Positions 8,181-16,618 are shown, counted from the first letter of the stretch. The stretch: 64,000 bases of DNA from an uncultured Eubacteriales bacterium (GCA_900542005.1 UQLW01000004.1:44361-108360), one strand, 5' to 3'. Numbers and translations are program-made. The notes: generated from the letters alone by a model not told the origin.

Positions 8181-9437
8181 TCACTCCTGGATGCGGGTAA
8201 TATCCGCGCCCAGGGCCTTGAGCTTGTCTACCAGCCGTTCGTATCCCCGGTCAATATATTTGACGTTGGAAATCACCGTCGTCCCCTCGGTCATCAGGCC
8301 GGCGATGACCATGGCCGCGCCGGCGCGCAGGTCGGTAGCCGATACCGGCACGCCCCAGAGCGATTCGGTCCCTTCCACCACCGCAACCCTATCCTCCACA
8401 CGGATCTGCGCGCCCATGCGGCGAAGCTGATCCACATGGCGGAAGCGCCCTTCAAAGATGGTTTCAATCACCATAGACGTACCCCGGGCGGTGGAAAGCA
8501 GCACCATGAAGGGCTGCTGCAGGTCCGTCGGGAAGCCCGGATAGGGCAGCGTTTTAATCTGCACCGGGTTAGCCCGGGGAATGCCTTTGACCCGCAGGTA
8601 ATCCTCCCCCTCGATGACGGTGTAGCCCATCTCCGTCATCTTGGCGCTGACGGCCTCCATATGGAAGGGGACGCAGTTATGGATGGTAATATCCCCGCTG
8701 GTGCCGGCGGCAATCGCCATCCAGGTGCCCGTCTCAATCTGGTCGGACAGGATGGAGTAGGTGCATCCATGCAGGCTCTTTTTGCCCTGGATGCGGATGA
8801 TGTCGGTACCGGCGCCCTTGACCCGCGCGCCCATGGCGTTAAGGAAATTGGCCAGATCCACCACATGGGGCTCCTTGGCCGCGTTGACGATGCTGGTATT
8901 GCCCTCCGCCTTGGTCGCCGCCAGCATTACGTTGATCGTCGCGCCCACGCTGGGCATATCCAGGTAGATCTCCCGCCCCTGCAGCGACGCGGCCGAGCAG
9001 AGGTAGGAGCCGCGGGCCGTGGTAATCTCGCAGCCTAAGGCGCGCAAGCCCTTGATATGCTGGTCTATGGGCCGCGCCCCAATGTCGCAGCCGCCGGGGA
9101 AGGCCACCTCCGCCTTTCCAAAGCGGGCCAGCAGCACGCCCATCAGGTAGTAGGAGGCCCGCATCTTCCGGGCCAGCTCCACAGGGGGCTGGTAGGAATG
9201 CACGCCCCTGGGGTCGATCCGCATGGTGTTGTCGGAAAACTCCACCTGGGCGCCCAAGGCCAAAAGCATATCCTGCATCACCCGGATATCGTTGATATCC
9301 GGCAGGTTCTCAATCACACAAGGGCCATCGGCCAGCAGCGCGGCAGGCACGATGGCCACCGCGGAATTCTTATTCCCGCTGATGGTCACCTCGCCGGTCA
9401 GCGGCTTACCGCCATGTATCACAATTTTCTCTTCCAC
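8181..9437 (-). CDS. murA: UDP-N-acetylglucosamine 1-carboxyvinyltransferase
   Basis: ...GGKPLTGEVTISGNKNSAV..., the active-site region ...FPGGCDIGARPIDQHIKG..., and ...YPGFPTDLQ... I chose GTG 9437 as the start, which gives ~418 aa. The ORF extends to 9623. Confidence 0.93.
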   Translation of the reverse strand: MEEKIVIHGGKPLTGEVTISGNKNSAVAIVPAALLADGPCVIENLPDINDIRVMQDMLLALGAQVEFSDNTMRIDPRGVHSYQPPVELARKMRASYYLMGVLLARFGKAEVAFPGGCDIGARPIDQHIKGLRALGCEITTARGSYLCSAASLQGREIYLDMPSVGATINVMLAATKAEGNTSIVNAAKEPHVVDLANFLNAMGARVKGAGTDIIRIQGKKSLHGCTYSILSDQIETGTWMAIAAGTSGDITIHNCVPFHMEAVSAKMTEMGYTVIEGEDYLRVKGIPRANPVQIKTLPYPGFPTDLQQPFMVLLSTARGTSMVIETIFEGRFRHVDQLRRMGAQIRVEDRVAVVEGTESLWGVPVSATDLRAGAAMVIAGLMTEGTTVISNVKYIDRGYERLVDKLKALGADITRIQE

Positions 9438-9547
9438 GGTCTCCCGCCCCGCAGGGCGAGTCACCTCCTCAGGTTTATTTGTAGGGGAGGAAAATGGCTG
9501 TTTCTTTACGATGCGCCTAAGGCCAGGCGCAACCCCGTACAGAGTGG

Positions 9548-10483
9548 TCAGAACATTTTCTTGCGCCACATAACGATGCCGGACACCACCGAAATGCCCA
9601 GGGCGATGCCCATCACGATCCAAAATCCCAGAGGATGGCCGGCAAAGGGAATGCCCTCCACGTTCATCCCAAAGGCTCCGGTAACCAGGGTAGGCAGCGA
9701 AATCACAATCGTGACCGAAGCCAGCAGCTTCATCACAATATTCAGGTTATTGGATATAATGGACGCGTAGGCGTCCATGGTGCCCGACAGGATGTCCCGG
9801 AAGATGGCGCACATTTCAATGGCCTGCTTGTTTTCGATGATCACATCGTCCAGCAGTTCCTCATCGTCGGGATATTTCTTAATATAGGATACCTTGACCA
9901 GCCGCTCCAGCACCGCCTCGTTGCTCATCAGCGAGGTGGAAAAGTATACCAGCGACTTTTCCAGCGTCATCATCTGCAAAAGCTCTTTGTTCCGGTAGCT
10001 GCGCTGCAGCTCGGCCTGCACCCGGTTGCTGGCATGGTCAATCTGCCGCAGATACCACAGGTAGCGCGTCGCGTTGCGATAAAGAAGCTGCAGGATGAAG
10101 CGGGTCTTTTTGTGGGTCTCCACGTTGCGTACCCGCCCCTCGATGATGTCCCGGATCAGGGAAGATTCCATCAGGCATACGGTAATGACATAGTCAGGCA
10201 GATGGATAATGGCCATGGGCAGGGTGCTGTATAGATAATTCTTCCCATCCAGCTCCACCCGGGGGATATCCACCAATACCATCGTCTGGTCTTCATCGCT
10301 GCCAATACGGGAGCGTTCCTCTTCGTCCAGCGCGGCGCGGAGAAATTCCGGCAGCACGCCGGTCGCCTCCTCCACCTGGGCAAGCTCCTCCTCGGTCGGG
10401 GCGCACAAGTTGATCCAGCAGTCCTCCTCCAGCTGCTGCATCTGAACCAGCCCCTGAACACCATTCTTGTAAAAAGCCAGCAT
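9548..10483 (-). CDS. corA: magnesium/cobalt transporter CorA family
   Basis: C-terminal two TM helices with ...GAFGMNVEGIP... (GMN motif). ATG 10483 has an AAGGAG RBS 6 nt upstream. Confidence 0.9.
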   Translation of the reverse strand: MLAFYKNGVQGLVQMQQLEEDCWINLCAPTEEELAQVEEATGVLPEFLRAALDEEERSRIGSDEDQTMVLVDIPRVELDGKNYLYSTLPMAIIHLPDYVITVCLMESSLIRDIIEGRVRNVETHKKTRFILQLLYRNATRYLWYLRQIDHASNRVQAELQRSYRNKELLQMMTLEKSLVYFSTSLMSNEAVLERLVKVSYIKKYPDDEELLDDVIIENKQAIEMCAIFRDILSGTMDAYASIISNNLNIVMKLLASVTIVISLPTLVTGAFGMNVEGIPFAGHPLGFWIVMGIALGISVVSGIVMWRKKMF

Positions 10484-10630
10484 GACTTGCTCCTTTCCAA
10501 GGGCAAGCCCGGCAGGCGTCACTGTCGTTGGCTTACCCTTTCCCTATCCAATTTTTGATACTTCGCGGGTCGCCGTCCACGACAGTTCACCTCCAAATGT
10601 GATCATTCCGGCCTGCCGGCCCGAATGTCC
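10484..10630 (-). promoter_or_regulatory. structured 5' leader of corA (nested long-range helices; riboswitch-like, class unassigned)
   Basis: In the minus-strand RNA, CCGGCAGGC (10619-10611) pairs with GCCTGCCGG (10517-10509). This encloses ACTGTCGT (10586-10579) paired with ACGACAGT (10528-10521). Confidence 0.45.
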
Positions 10631-10636
10631 TCATTT

Positions 10637-10665
10637 ATTATAGCGGGGCAACCCGCCGGATGCAA
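10637..10665 (-). promoter_or_regulatory. sigma-70-type promoter for corA
   Basis: Minus-strand TTGCAT (10665-10660), 17 nt spacer, TATAAT (10642-10637). Confidence 0.55.
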
Positions 10666-10926
10666 GCAATTTTGCCCTTTTTCAGCCCTGAACGAAAAAA
10701 TCCGGACATATCGGCGGTCAACCTGCTGTCCTACCCGCTGTAGAGAAGTAAAAATCAGCTATGCTTACATCCAATATTTTCCATATCCTCCCTCGCGCGC
10801 CCCCTTTGCTGTCCGGCGCCGCGCCTTTTCCCCTTTTTGCGGGGAAAATATCCTGGCCCGTGGTTTGCCTTTCCGCCCAAGCCAGCCGCCCCCTTTCTCG
10901 AGCGGATGAATTTTCTGCAAATGAGA

Positions 10927-10955
10927 TTGAAAAAGATCTGCGCTTCCTCTATAAT
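10927..10955 (+). promoter_or_regulatory. near-consensus sigma-70-type promoter
   Basis: TTGAAA (10927-10932), 17 nt spacer, TATAAT (10950-10955). It sits at the edge of an AT-rich tract ~130 nt upstream of ATG 11086. Confidence 0.6.
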
Positions 10956-11085
10956 GAGGATGGATTTTGGGGACATATTTCGGGCAAATTAAATATACTT
11001 CTCATGTTGAATCAAATTTATATTTATTCTGTTTTCAATGATGGAAGCATTTTATGCCGATGCCCGCCCGGAGGGAGGCCGACCG

Positions 11086-11751
11086 ATGAAGACCATGACC
11101 GAGCAGGGGTTTGAACCGCTGGATATGGAGACGCTGCGCAAGTATATCTATCAGCTAAAGGGGATCATGCATGTGCAGGTGATTCCTGACGACCAGGGCA
11201 ACGTGACGGAGGTGCATGTGATTGCAGACCGCAGCCGCTCCGCCAAGCAGCTGGCCCGGGATATCCAGTCGGTAGCGCTGGCGCGCTTCAATATACGGAT
11301 TGACCATAAGGTGATATCCATCGCGCAGATCGACGCGGAGGAGGATTCCCCCGCCCATTTTTACGCGCGCCTTACGCCGGAAGGCTTTACCCTGTCCCTA
11401 TCCGCCGACTGCGCCCAGGCCACGGTAACCCTGGCCCACCAGGAGATCGCCTTTCAGGGCAGCGCCCAGGGCCTGCCCGGCGTGCGCGACCGCAACGGTA
11501 TCATTGTGCGGGCTACCTTGGAGGCGGTGCATCAATACCTGGGAAAGGAAAACGTCTTTTCCCTGGCAGAGGTTAAGAATATCCCTGTAGCGGACAGCAC
11601 GGCTGTGCTGGTCTGTCTGGCCGTACACGCTCCCCGGGAGCAGGACCTGCTCATCGGCACCGCTTTTGTGCGGGATGATCCGCAGATGGCCGCCATCAAG
11701 GCGACGCTGAACGCCATCAACCGGCGGCTGCCTCTTTTCCTCGATCACTGA
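11086..11751 (+). CDS. hypothetical protein (221 aa), first gene of the HD-GYP cluster
   Basis: ATG 11086 is preceded by GGAGGGAGG, and the ORF extends to 11038. The sequence ...KGIMHVQVIPDDQGNVTEVHVIADRSRSAKQLARDIQSV... matches no family I recognise. Confidence 0.6.
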   Translation: MKTMTEQGFEPLDMETLRKYIYQLKGIMHVQVIPDDQGNVTEVHVIADRSRSAKQLARDIQSVALARFNIRIDHKVISIAQIDAEEDSPAHFYARLTPEGFTLSLSADCAQATVTLAHQEIAFQGSAQGLPGVRDRNGIIVRATLEAVHQYLGKENVFSLAEVKNIPVADSTAVLVCLAVHAPREQDLLIGTAFVRDDPQMAAIKATLNAINRRLPLFLDH

Positions 11752-11883
11752 TTCCCCGGCTGTCTTGTTTTCCCCTTTAAGATCCATGCTCCGGCAAAGC
11801 GACATCCTTTTAGACAAGCGAAGCGGATATAGCATGCCCTATTAGCGTCGGGCAGAGCCTTTCGATAAGGAGGCTATATCCTG

Positions 11884-11967
11884 ATGAAAAAGACGAAGAT
11901 TGTCGCCGCGCTCACGGCGCTGGTTTCTCTGATTCTGTCCAGCGGTGCATTGTACACCTGGCGTTAA
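11884..11967 (+). CDS. candidate 27-aa single-helix membrane peptide
   Basis: AAGGAGG at 11870-11876, 7 nt before ATG 11884. It encodes MKKTKIVAALTALVSLILSSGALYTWR, ending at TAA 11965-11967. It is too short to appear in the ORF track. Confidence 0.4.
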   Translation: MKKTKIVAALTALVSLILSSGALYTWR

Positions 11968-12038
11968 GCCGGTAGCTGCCCTGTAAGGGCCTGGCCGCCG
12001 GAGGTGGATCTTATTAACGTATCATACGGAGGTATCCC

Positions 12039-13343
12039 ATGAAAAAAAGCGCCTTGTGTTTTGCGGTATCCATTGCCGCTGCCGGAACGCTTTTAGGCCT
12101 GGGATGCCTCTATCAATATGGGGTCGGCCTGGTTAGCGGCGCATCCCAGGGCACGCTTTTCCAGTTCATAACCCTGACGGCGCTCTTTGTCATCTGCCGG
12201 TCCTTGCCCTTATATATCACGCCCAACAGCGCCATCGACATGTCCTTTATGTGCCTCTTTGCCTGCATGCTGCTTTTCGGGCCCTGCACGACGGCGGCCA
12301 TGATCCTGGTCAGCACGCCCTTTACCTTTGAGACTGAGCGCGGGGAGGGCCGCCATTTCCTCACGATATTGAATATGTCGCCCCTAAAGACGCTGTTCAA
12401 CATGGGCAATCCCATTGTTTCGGTGCTGCTGGCCGGGTATGCCTTTCACCTGCTGGGCGGCGTCGCGGGCGATATTACCCTGCCCGGCGTGCTGCTGCCC
12501 GCCGCCGTGTTCGTCGCCTTGGTCATCCTGCTCAACAGCTCGATTCTCTTCGCGCTGCTGGCGCTGAACGGCCAGGTATCCTTCCTGATGGCGCTGCGCA
12601 GCGATGTGGTGCAGCTGCTGCCGACCTTTTTCTGCGCCGCGCCCATCGGCTTCTTTATGGCCTTCCTCATGAAGATGCCCTCCGGCACCTATCTGGCCAT
12701 TCTCTTTATGATGCCGCTGATGCTGGCCCGCTATGCTTTCAAGCTCTACCTGGCCAACCGTCAGAGCTACTATAACCTGCTGCACACGCTGATGGCCGCC
12801 GTGGAAGCCAAGGATGAGTGCACCAACGGCCATTCCAAGCGGGTTGAGCTCTATGCGGGCATCCTTGCACGGCAGATGAACATTCCCCTCAAGCAGCAGG
12901 AGCTTATCACCACGGCCGCCCTGCTTCACGACATTGGCAAAATCGGGATCAACGATATGATCCTTAACAAGCCCGGCGCGCTTACGCCCGAGGAAAGAAA
13001 CGTCATTCAGACCCATCCCGCCATCGCCGTCAATATTCTGGCCGATTCAGATATCGGGCCAGAGGTACGGGATATCATCCTGCACCATCATGAATATTAT
13101 GACGGACGGGGCTATCCTGACGGCACAAAGGGCGACGAAATCTCCATCCTGTGCTACATTCTCAGCACGGTCGACGCCTTTGACGTCATCACCAGCGACC
13201 GTCCTTACCGCAAGGGCCGCTCCTATGACGACGCAGAGAAGATCCTGCTGGAGGAGTCGGGCAAGCAGTTCCATCCCGCGTGCGTCCAGGCGCTGATCGC
13301 CGCTAAGGAAGAAATTCTTCAGGTTATGGGGGAACGCAAATGA
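12039..13343 (+). CDS. HD-GYP domain c-di-GMP phosphodiesterase with N-terminal multi-TM sensor domain
   Basis: ...GHSKRVELYA...AALLHDIGKIGI...HHHEYYDGRGYPDG... (HD and GYP motifs). The N-terminal ~230 aa are hydrophobic. Confidence 0.9.
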   Translation: MKKSALCFAVSIAAAGTLLGLGCLYQYGVGLVSGASQGTLFQFITLTALFVICRSLPLYITPNSAIDMSFMCLFACMLLFGPCTTAAMILVSTPFTFETERGEGRHFLTILNMSPLKTLFNMGNPIVSVLLAGYAFHLLGGVAGDITLPGVLLPAAVFVALVILLNSSILFALLALNGQVSFLMALRSDVVQLLPTFFCAAPIGFFMAFLMKMPSGTYLAILFMMPLMLARYAFKLYLANRQSYYNLLHTLMAAVEAKDECTNGHSKRVELYAGILARQMNIPLKQQELITTAALLHDIGKIGINDMILNKPGALTPEERNVIQTHPAIAVNILADSDIGPEVRDIILHHHEYYDGRGYPDGTKGDEISILCYILSTVDAFDVITSDRPYRKGRSYDDAEKILLEESGKQFHPACVQALIAAKEEILQVMGERK

Positions 13344-13915
13344 TCCTGCTCTTGGGGGTTCTGCTGGGCTGGGCCGCCGGCCGGATCCTGGGCGGGGCCA
13401 CCGCGCGGCTGGCCGACCCTGGCTTCCGGTGGCTGTGGCTGCCCATTGCGTCGGCCGTTATACAGATGTGCACCACGCCCCTTTCCCGCCTGATCCCGCT
13501 GCCGGCGGAAAGCTGGTATGGCTTTGTTGTCATCCTCACCTATGGGGCGAATGCGGCCTTTGCCCTGGCGAACCTTCGCCCCTTGGCCGGCTCGCTGCCC
13601 ATCCTTATGGGAACGCTGGGAAATTTCGCCGTGATCGCCGCCAACGGCTGGCGCATGCCGGTTGCGCCCAGCGCCCTGCAGCTGCCCCAGCTGGTGGCCC
13701 CTGCGGAGCGGCTGGGGTATTACATGGCCGACAGCTCCACCCGGCTGCTCTGGCTGGGCGACGTCCTGCCGCTGCCGCTTCCCCTGGTCGGCGGCTATAT
13801 GAGCCTGGGCGATATCCTGCTTTTCCTTGGGGTTGCGGTGCTCATCGCCGGCCGCATGCTGCTGCCCCTCTCCCAGGGACGGCACCAGCGCGCCGCCTCC
13901 ACCTCACGGCCATGA
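13340..13915 (+). CDS. DUF5317-like integral membrane protein
   Basis: Its start overlaps the HD-GYP stop by 4 nt (ATGA). It is polytopic and hydrophobic, with ...NFAVIAANGWRMPV...GDILLFLGVAVLIAG... The family assignment is from memory. Confidence 0.7.
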   Translation: MILLLGVLLGWAAGRILGGATARLADPGFRWLWLPIASAVIQMCTTPLSRLIPLPAESWYGFVVILTYGANAAFALANLRPLAGSLPILMGTLGNFAVIAANGWRMPVAPSALQLPQLVAPAERLGYYMADSSTRLLWLGDVLPLPLPLVGGYMSLGDILLFLGVAVLIAGRMLLPLSQGRHQRAASTSRP

Positions 13916-13941
13916 TAACCGCATAGCAAAAACCGCATAGC

Positions 13942-13970
13942 AAAGGCGCCTCCCATGAGGCGCCTTTTTT
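13942..13970. terminator. hairpin terminator between convergent genes
   Basis: AAAGGCGCCTC-ccat-GAGGCGCCTTT followed by a T-run. Confidence 0.75.
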
Positions 13971-13988
13971 GTGCCCTGCCGCAGCCTG

Positions 13989-14489
13989 TCAGGGCTCGAT
14001 CCATACCGGCGTACCCAGCGGGCACTGGGCCCAAAGCTCGTCCATGTCCCGGTTCCGCAGGGCGATACAGCCTGCGGTCCAGTCGCGCCCGGCCCCCATG
14101 CCGTGAATCATGACGGCCCCGCCCAGCGCCGTATCCCAGGGCGGCCGCAGGCGCCGGTCAGCCGCGCCGGCAATCAGCCGCCAGCAGGCCTCTGAGATGA
14201 TCCCCTCTTCCAGCCCGATGGCGGCGTCCCGCCGGTTGGGGTAGGAAAGGCCCAGCGCCAGATAAAAACGGCTGTTGCCGTTGCGCGTGCAGACGTAATA
14301 GAGCCCTTCCGGCGTACGTCCGTCTCCTTCCCGCCGCTTGGGGCCCACCGGGCTGCTGCCCAGGTCGATGGGAAAGCGGCCCCGCAGCCGCCCGTCCTGC
14401 CAAAGCTCCAGCAGCCGCCGGGCTTTTTTGACCACGATATAGGGCCCGCGGCTGGCCGGATCGCCCCCTGCCTCCCATGGCGCCCTCAT
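13989..14489 (-). CDS. L,D-transpeptidase catalytic-domain protein (YkuD; YafK-like), no signal peptide seen
   Basis: ...GPKRREGDGRTPEGLYYV...LGLSYPN...GGAVMIHG...TAGCIALRN... (catalytic His/Cys). Its ATG overlaps the AraC stop (ATGA at 14486-14489). Confidence 0.85.
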   Translation of the reverse strand: MRAPWEAGGDPASRGPYIVVKKARRLLELWQDGRLRGRFPIDLGSSPVGPKRREGDGRTPEGLYYVCTRNGNSRFYLALGLSYPNRRDAAIGLEEGIISEACWRLIAGAADRRLRPPWDTALGGAVMIHGMGAGRDWTAGCIALRNRDMDELWAQCPLGTPVWIEP

Positions 14490-15397
14490 CTTGCCCCTCC
14501 CTCCTCCGGTCCGCCTCCCCCGGGGCGGAGATAGCGGCGCAGCTGGCTGGGGCTGTATCCCATGCGCTGCCGGAAAAGCCGGGCAAAATATCCCGGGTCG
14601 CCATAGCCCACCGATTCGGCAATGCGGCTGATGGGCCGCCGGGTATTGACCAGAAGCTCCAGGGCCCGCTTCATGCGGATATCCACCTGGTACTGGTGCA
14701 GGGAGCAGCCCGTGTAGGCCCGCAGCAGCCGGTTCACATGGTTCGGGTGGAAATGGAAGCGCCGGCCGATTTGGTCATAGGAGAGGTCCTCCGCATAATG
14801 GGCATGGATATAGGCGGTAATTTCGCCGCCATTCCGGCCGGTTTCCGCCTCAAGGCCCGGCCCTGAATGGGCCGCCGCCTGGGCGGCCTGCGCCAGGAAA
14901 GCCTTCAGAAGCCCGCTGAGCCGCGCCTCCCCATAGCGCCGCCGGTGCTCATACTCACGCACCATCTCCAGCATCCCCTCCCGAAGCGCCGGCTCCCTTG
15001 AGCAGTCCATCGCGCAGGGGAAGCCGTCAAAATCCTCAAACACGACCGGGGCCATAGCCCGCTCCGCCCGAAAGCGGCTGGGGTCATAGGGCCCCCGGGG
15101 ATAGGGCAGGCCGCCGTCAGGCCGGTAGCCGAAATGCAGCCCGGCCAGCAGGAAGGGATAATGGGGATCCGGCAGGATATCGTGCTCCATGGCCGGCCGG
15201 TTATAGAAGAGCCAACCGGGGCGGGCGGGGCGCAGGCCCTCGGGCGTTTTGATCTCGCCCCTTCCCTCCAGCACCAGGATAAATTGGTAATCGTAAATCA
15301 TCCTTGGGCCGTAGCGTTCGCCGGCTTGGCACTGGATCACGTTGGCGTAATGCACCACAGGGTTGATCTGCACAAAGGCCATACGGGCCTGCTCCAT
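14486..15397 (-). CDS. AraC family transcriptional regulator (cupin + HTH)
   Basis: C-terminal ...YAEDLSYDQIGRRFHFHPNHVNRLLRAYTGCSLHQY...ISRIAESVGYGDPGYFARLFRQRMGYSPSQ... The start may be ATG 15397 or the upstream start at 15415. Confidence 0.9.
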   Translation of the reverse strand: MEQARMAFVQINPVVHYANVIQCQAGERYGPRMIYDYQFILVLEGRGEIKTPEGLRPARPGWLFYNRPAMEHDILPDPHYPFLLAGLHFGYRPDGGLPYPRGPYDPSRFRAERAMAPVVFEDFDGFPCAMDCSREPALREGMLEMVREYEHRRRYGEARLSGLLKAFLAQAAQAAAHSGPGLEAETGRNGGEITAYIHAHYAEDLSYDQIGRRFHFHPNHVNRLLRAYTGCSLHQYQVDIRMKRALELLVNTRRPISRIAESVGYGDPGYFARLFRQRMGYSPSQLRRYLRPGGGGPEEGGAR

Positions 15398-15520
15398 ATC
15401 CCGGCCTCCCCTCATGTTCCAAAAGTCCCATTCGCCTGTTCCGTTGCTGTCTGGCTTCCGCCGGCCGCAGCTGGTATGCTAAAGGGTAAAGCGGGCCCCG
15501 GCCCCAAAGGAGGATACCCC

Positions 15521-16618
15521 ATGGCCATCATTGAAAAAGCCCCGGAAACCATGACCAGCCGCCGCCGCGTGGAGAAAACGCTGAATTTTGAAAAAACCGA
15601 CCGCGTACCGATTGATTATACCACGAACCCCGGCGTGCATGAAAGGGTGAAGCAAGCCCTTGGCGCGCCGGACGACGAGGCCCTGCGCAGGGCTCTGGGC
15701 GTGGATTTCCGTTCTGTCCACGCCCAATACCGCGGCCCCAACCGCTTTCCCGTCCTGCCGGACCGCCAGACCGACCCCGTATACGGGTTCAATATGCGCT
15801 GGGTGGAAAACCGTTCCGGCGGATATTGGGATTTCTGTGATTTCCCGCTGCAGGGCGCTGATCCCGAAACCATCGCCGCCTTCCCCGTGCCCAGTGCCGA
15901 CGAGTTTGATTATACCCACCTGGACGGGTATATCCAGGCCAACCGGGACTACGCCCTTTATGCCGGAAGCGCCGGTATGTGCGACATCATCAACGCGACC
16001 GGCCGCGTGATGGGGATGGAGGACGCGCTGGTCAACCTGCTGGAGGAGGACGAGGCCACGCTGTGCTATGTGCGCCGCCGCGTCGGCATGGAGATCGGCA
16101 TCCTGGAGCGGATTCTCAGCCGCCACGCCAGCGCCATCAGCTTTGTCAAGATCGGCGAGGATCTGGGGACGCAGATTGCGCCCATGATCAGCCTGCGGCT
16201 TTTCCGGCGGGTGTTCCGCCCGCTGATGCAGCAGTATGTGGACCTGGCCTCCAGCTACCGCCTGCCGGTCATGGTTCATACCTGCGGCAGCTCCAGCTGG
16301 GCCTATGAGGATTTTATCGAGATGGGCATCCGCGCCGTGGACACGCTGCAGCCCGAGGCCGCTCAGATGGATCCCGCCACCCTGAAGGCGCGCTTTGGCG
16401 GCCGGCTTTCCTTCCATGGGTGCATTTCCACCGCCGGCCCCCTGGCCTACGGTTCACCCCAGGAGGTGACCGACGTATGCCGGAGCACCCTGGAGGTCAT
16501 GATGCCCGGCGGCGGCTACCATTTCGCGCCCACCCACGCCATCCAGGACAACACCCCCACGGAAAATGTGCTGGCCATGTACCAGGCCGCCCATACCTAT
16601 GGGCGCTATCAAGCATAG
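15521..16618 (+). CDS. uroporphyrinogen decarboxylase (URO-D) family protein, paralogue 1
   Basis: ATG 15521 follows AAAGGAGGA. It has ...EKTDRVPIDY... at the N-terminus and ...GGGYHFAPTHAIQDNTP...YGRY at the C-terminus, as in the other two paralogues. ORF-track ORF 15134-16618 extends further 5'. Confidence 0.85.
   Translation: MAIIEKAPETMTSRRRVEKTLNFEKTDRVPIDYTTNPGVHERVKQALGAPDDEALRRALGVDFRSVHAQYRGPNRFPVLPDRQTDPVYGFNMRWVENRSGGYWDFCDFPLQGADPETIAAFPVPSADEFDYTHLDGYIQANRDYALYAGSAGMCDIINATGRVMGMEDALVNLLEEDEATLCYVRRRVGMEIGILERILSRHASAISFVKIGEDLGTQIAPMISLRLFRRVFRPLMQQYVDLASSYRLPVMVHTCGSSSWAYEDFIEMGIRAVDTLQPEAAQMDPATLKARFGGRLSFHGCISTAGPLAYGSPQEVTDVCRSTLEVMMPGGGYHFAPTHAIQDNTPTENVLAMYQAAHTYGRYQA

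Noticed and set aside
7440-9038. 532-aa plus-strand ORF spanning the Gfo/Idh/MocA-like and murA genes
   Set aside because: It crosses an intergenic region and lies antisense to two recognisable genes. Its composition is Arg/Ala/Gly/His-rich with low complexity, and it shows no family resemblance.
10962-11085. Possible c-di-GMP riboswitch in the AT-rich leader of the HD-GYP cluster (GGGCAAA motif)
   Set aside because: Only the short GGGCAAA string resembles GEMM-I. I could not find the paired GCAAAGCC-type tetraloop-receptor elements or the helices, so I kept it only as an unexplained leader.
15134-15520. Long N-terminal extensions in the ORF track (also 17828-18076, 48951-49949, 59284-59529, 60457-60627, 44824-44967, 37246-37380)
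   Set aside because: Each extension overlaps a neighbouring gene or promoter region and lacks an RBS. In every case an internal ATG/GTG/TTG with an AGGAGG-type RBS starts the recognisable domain.
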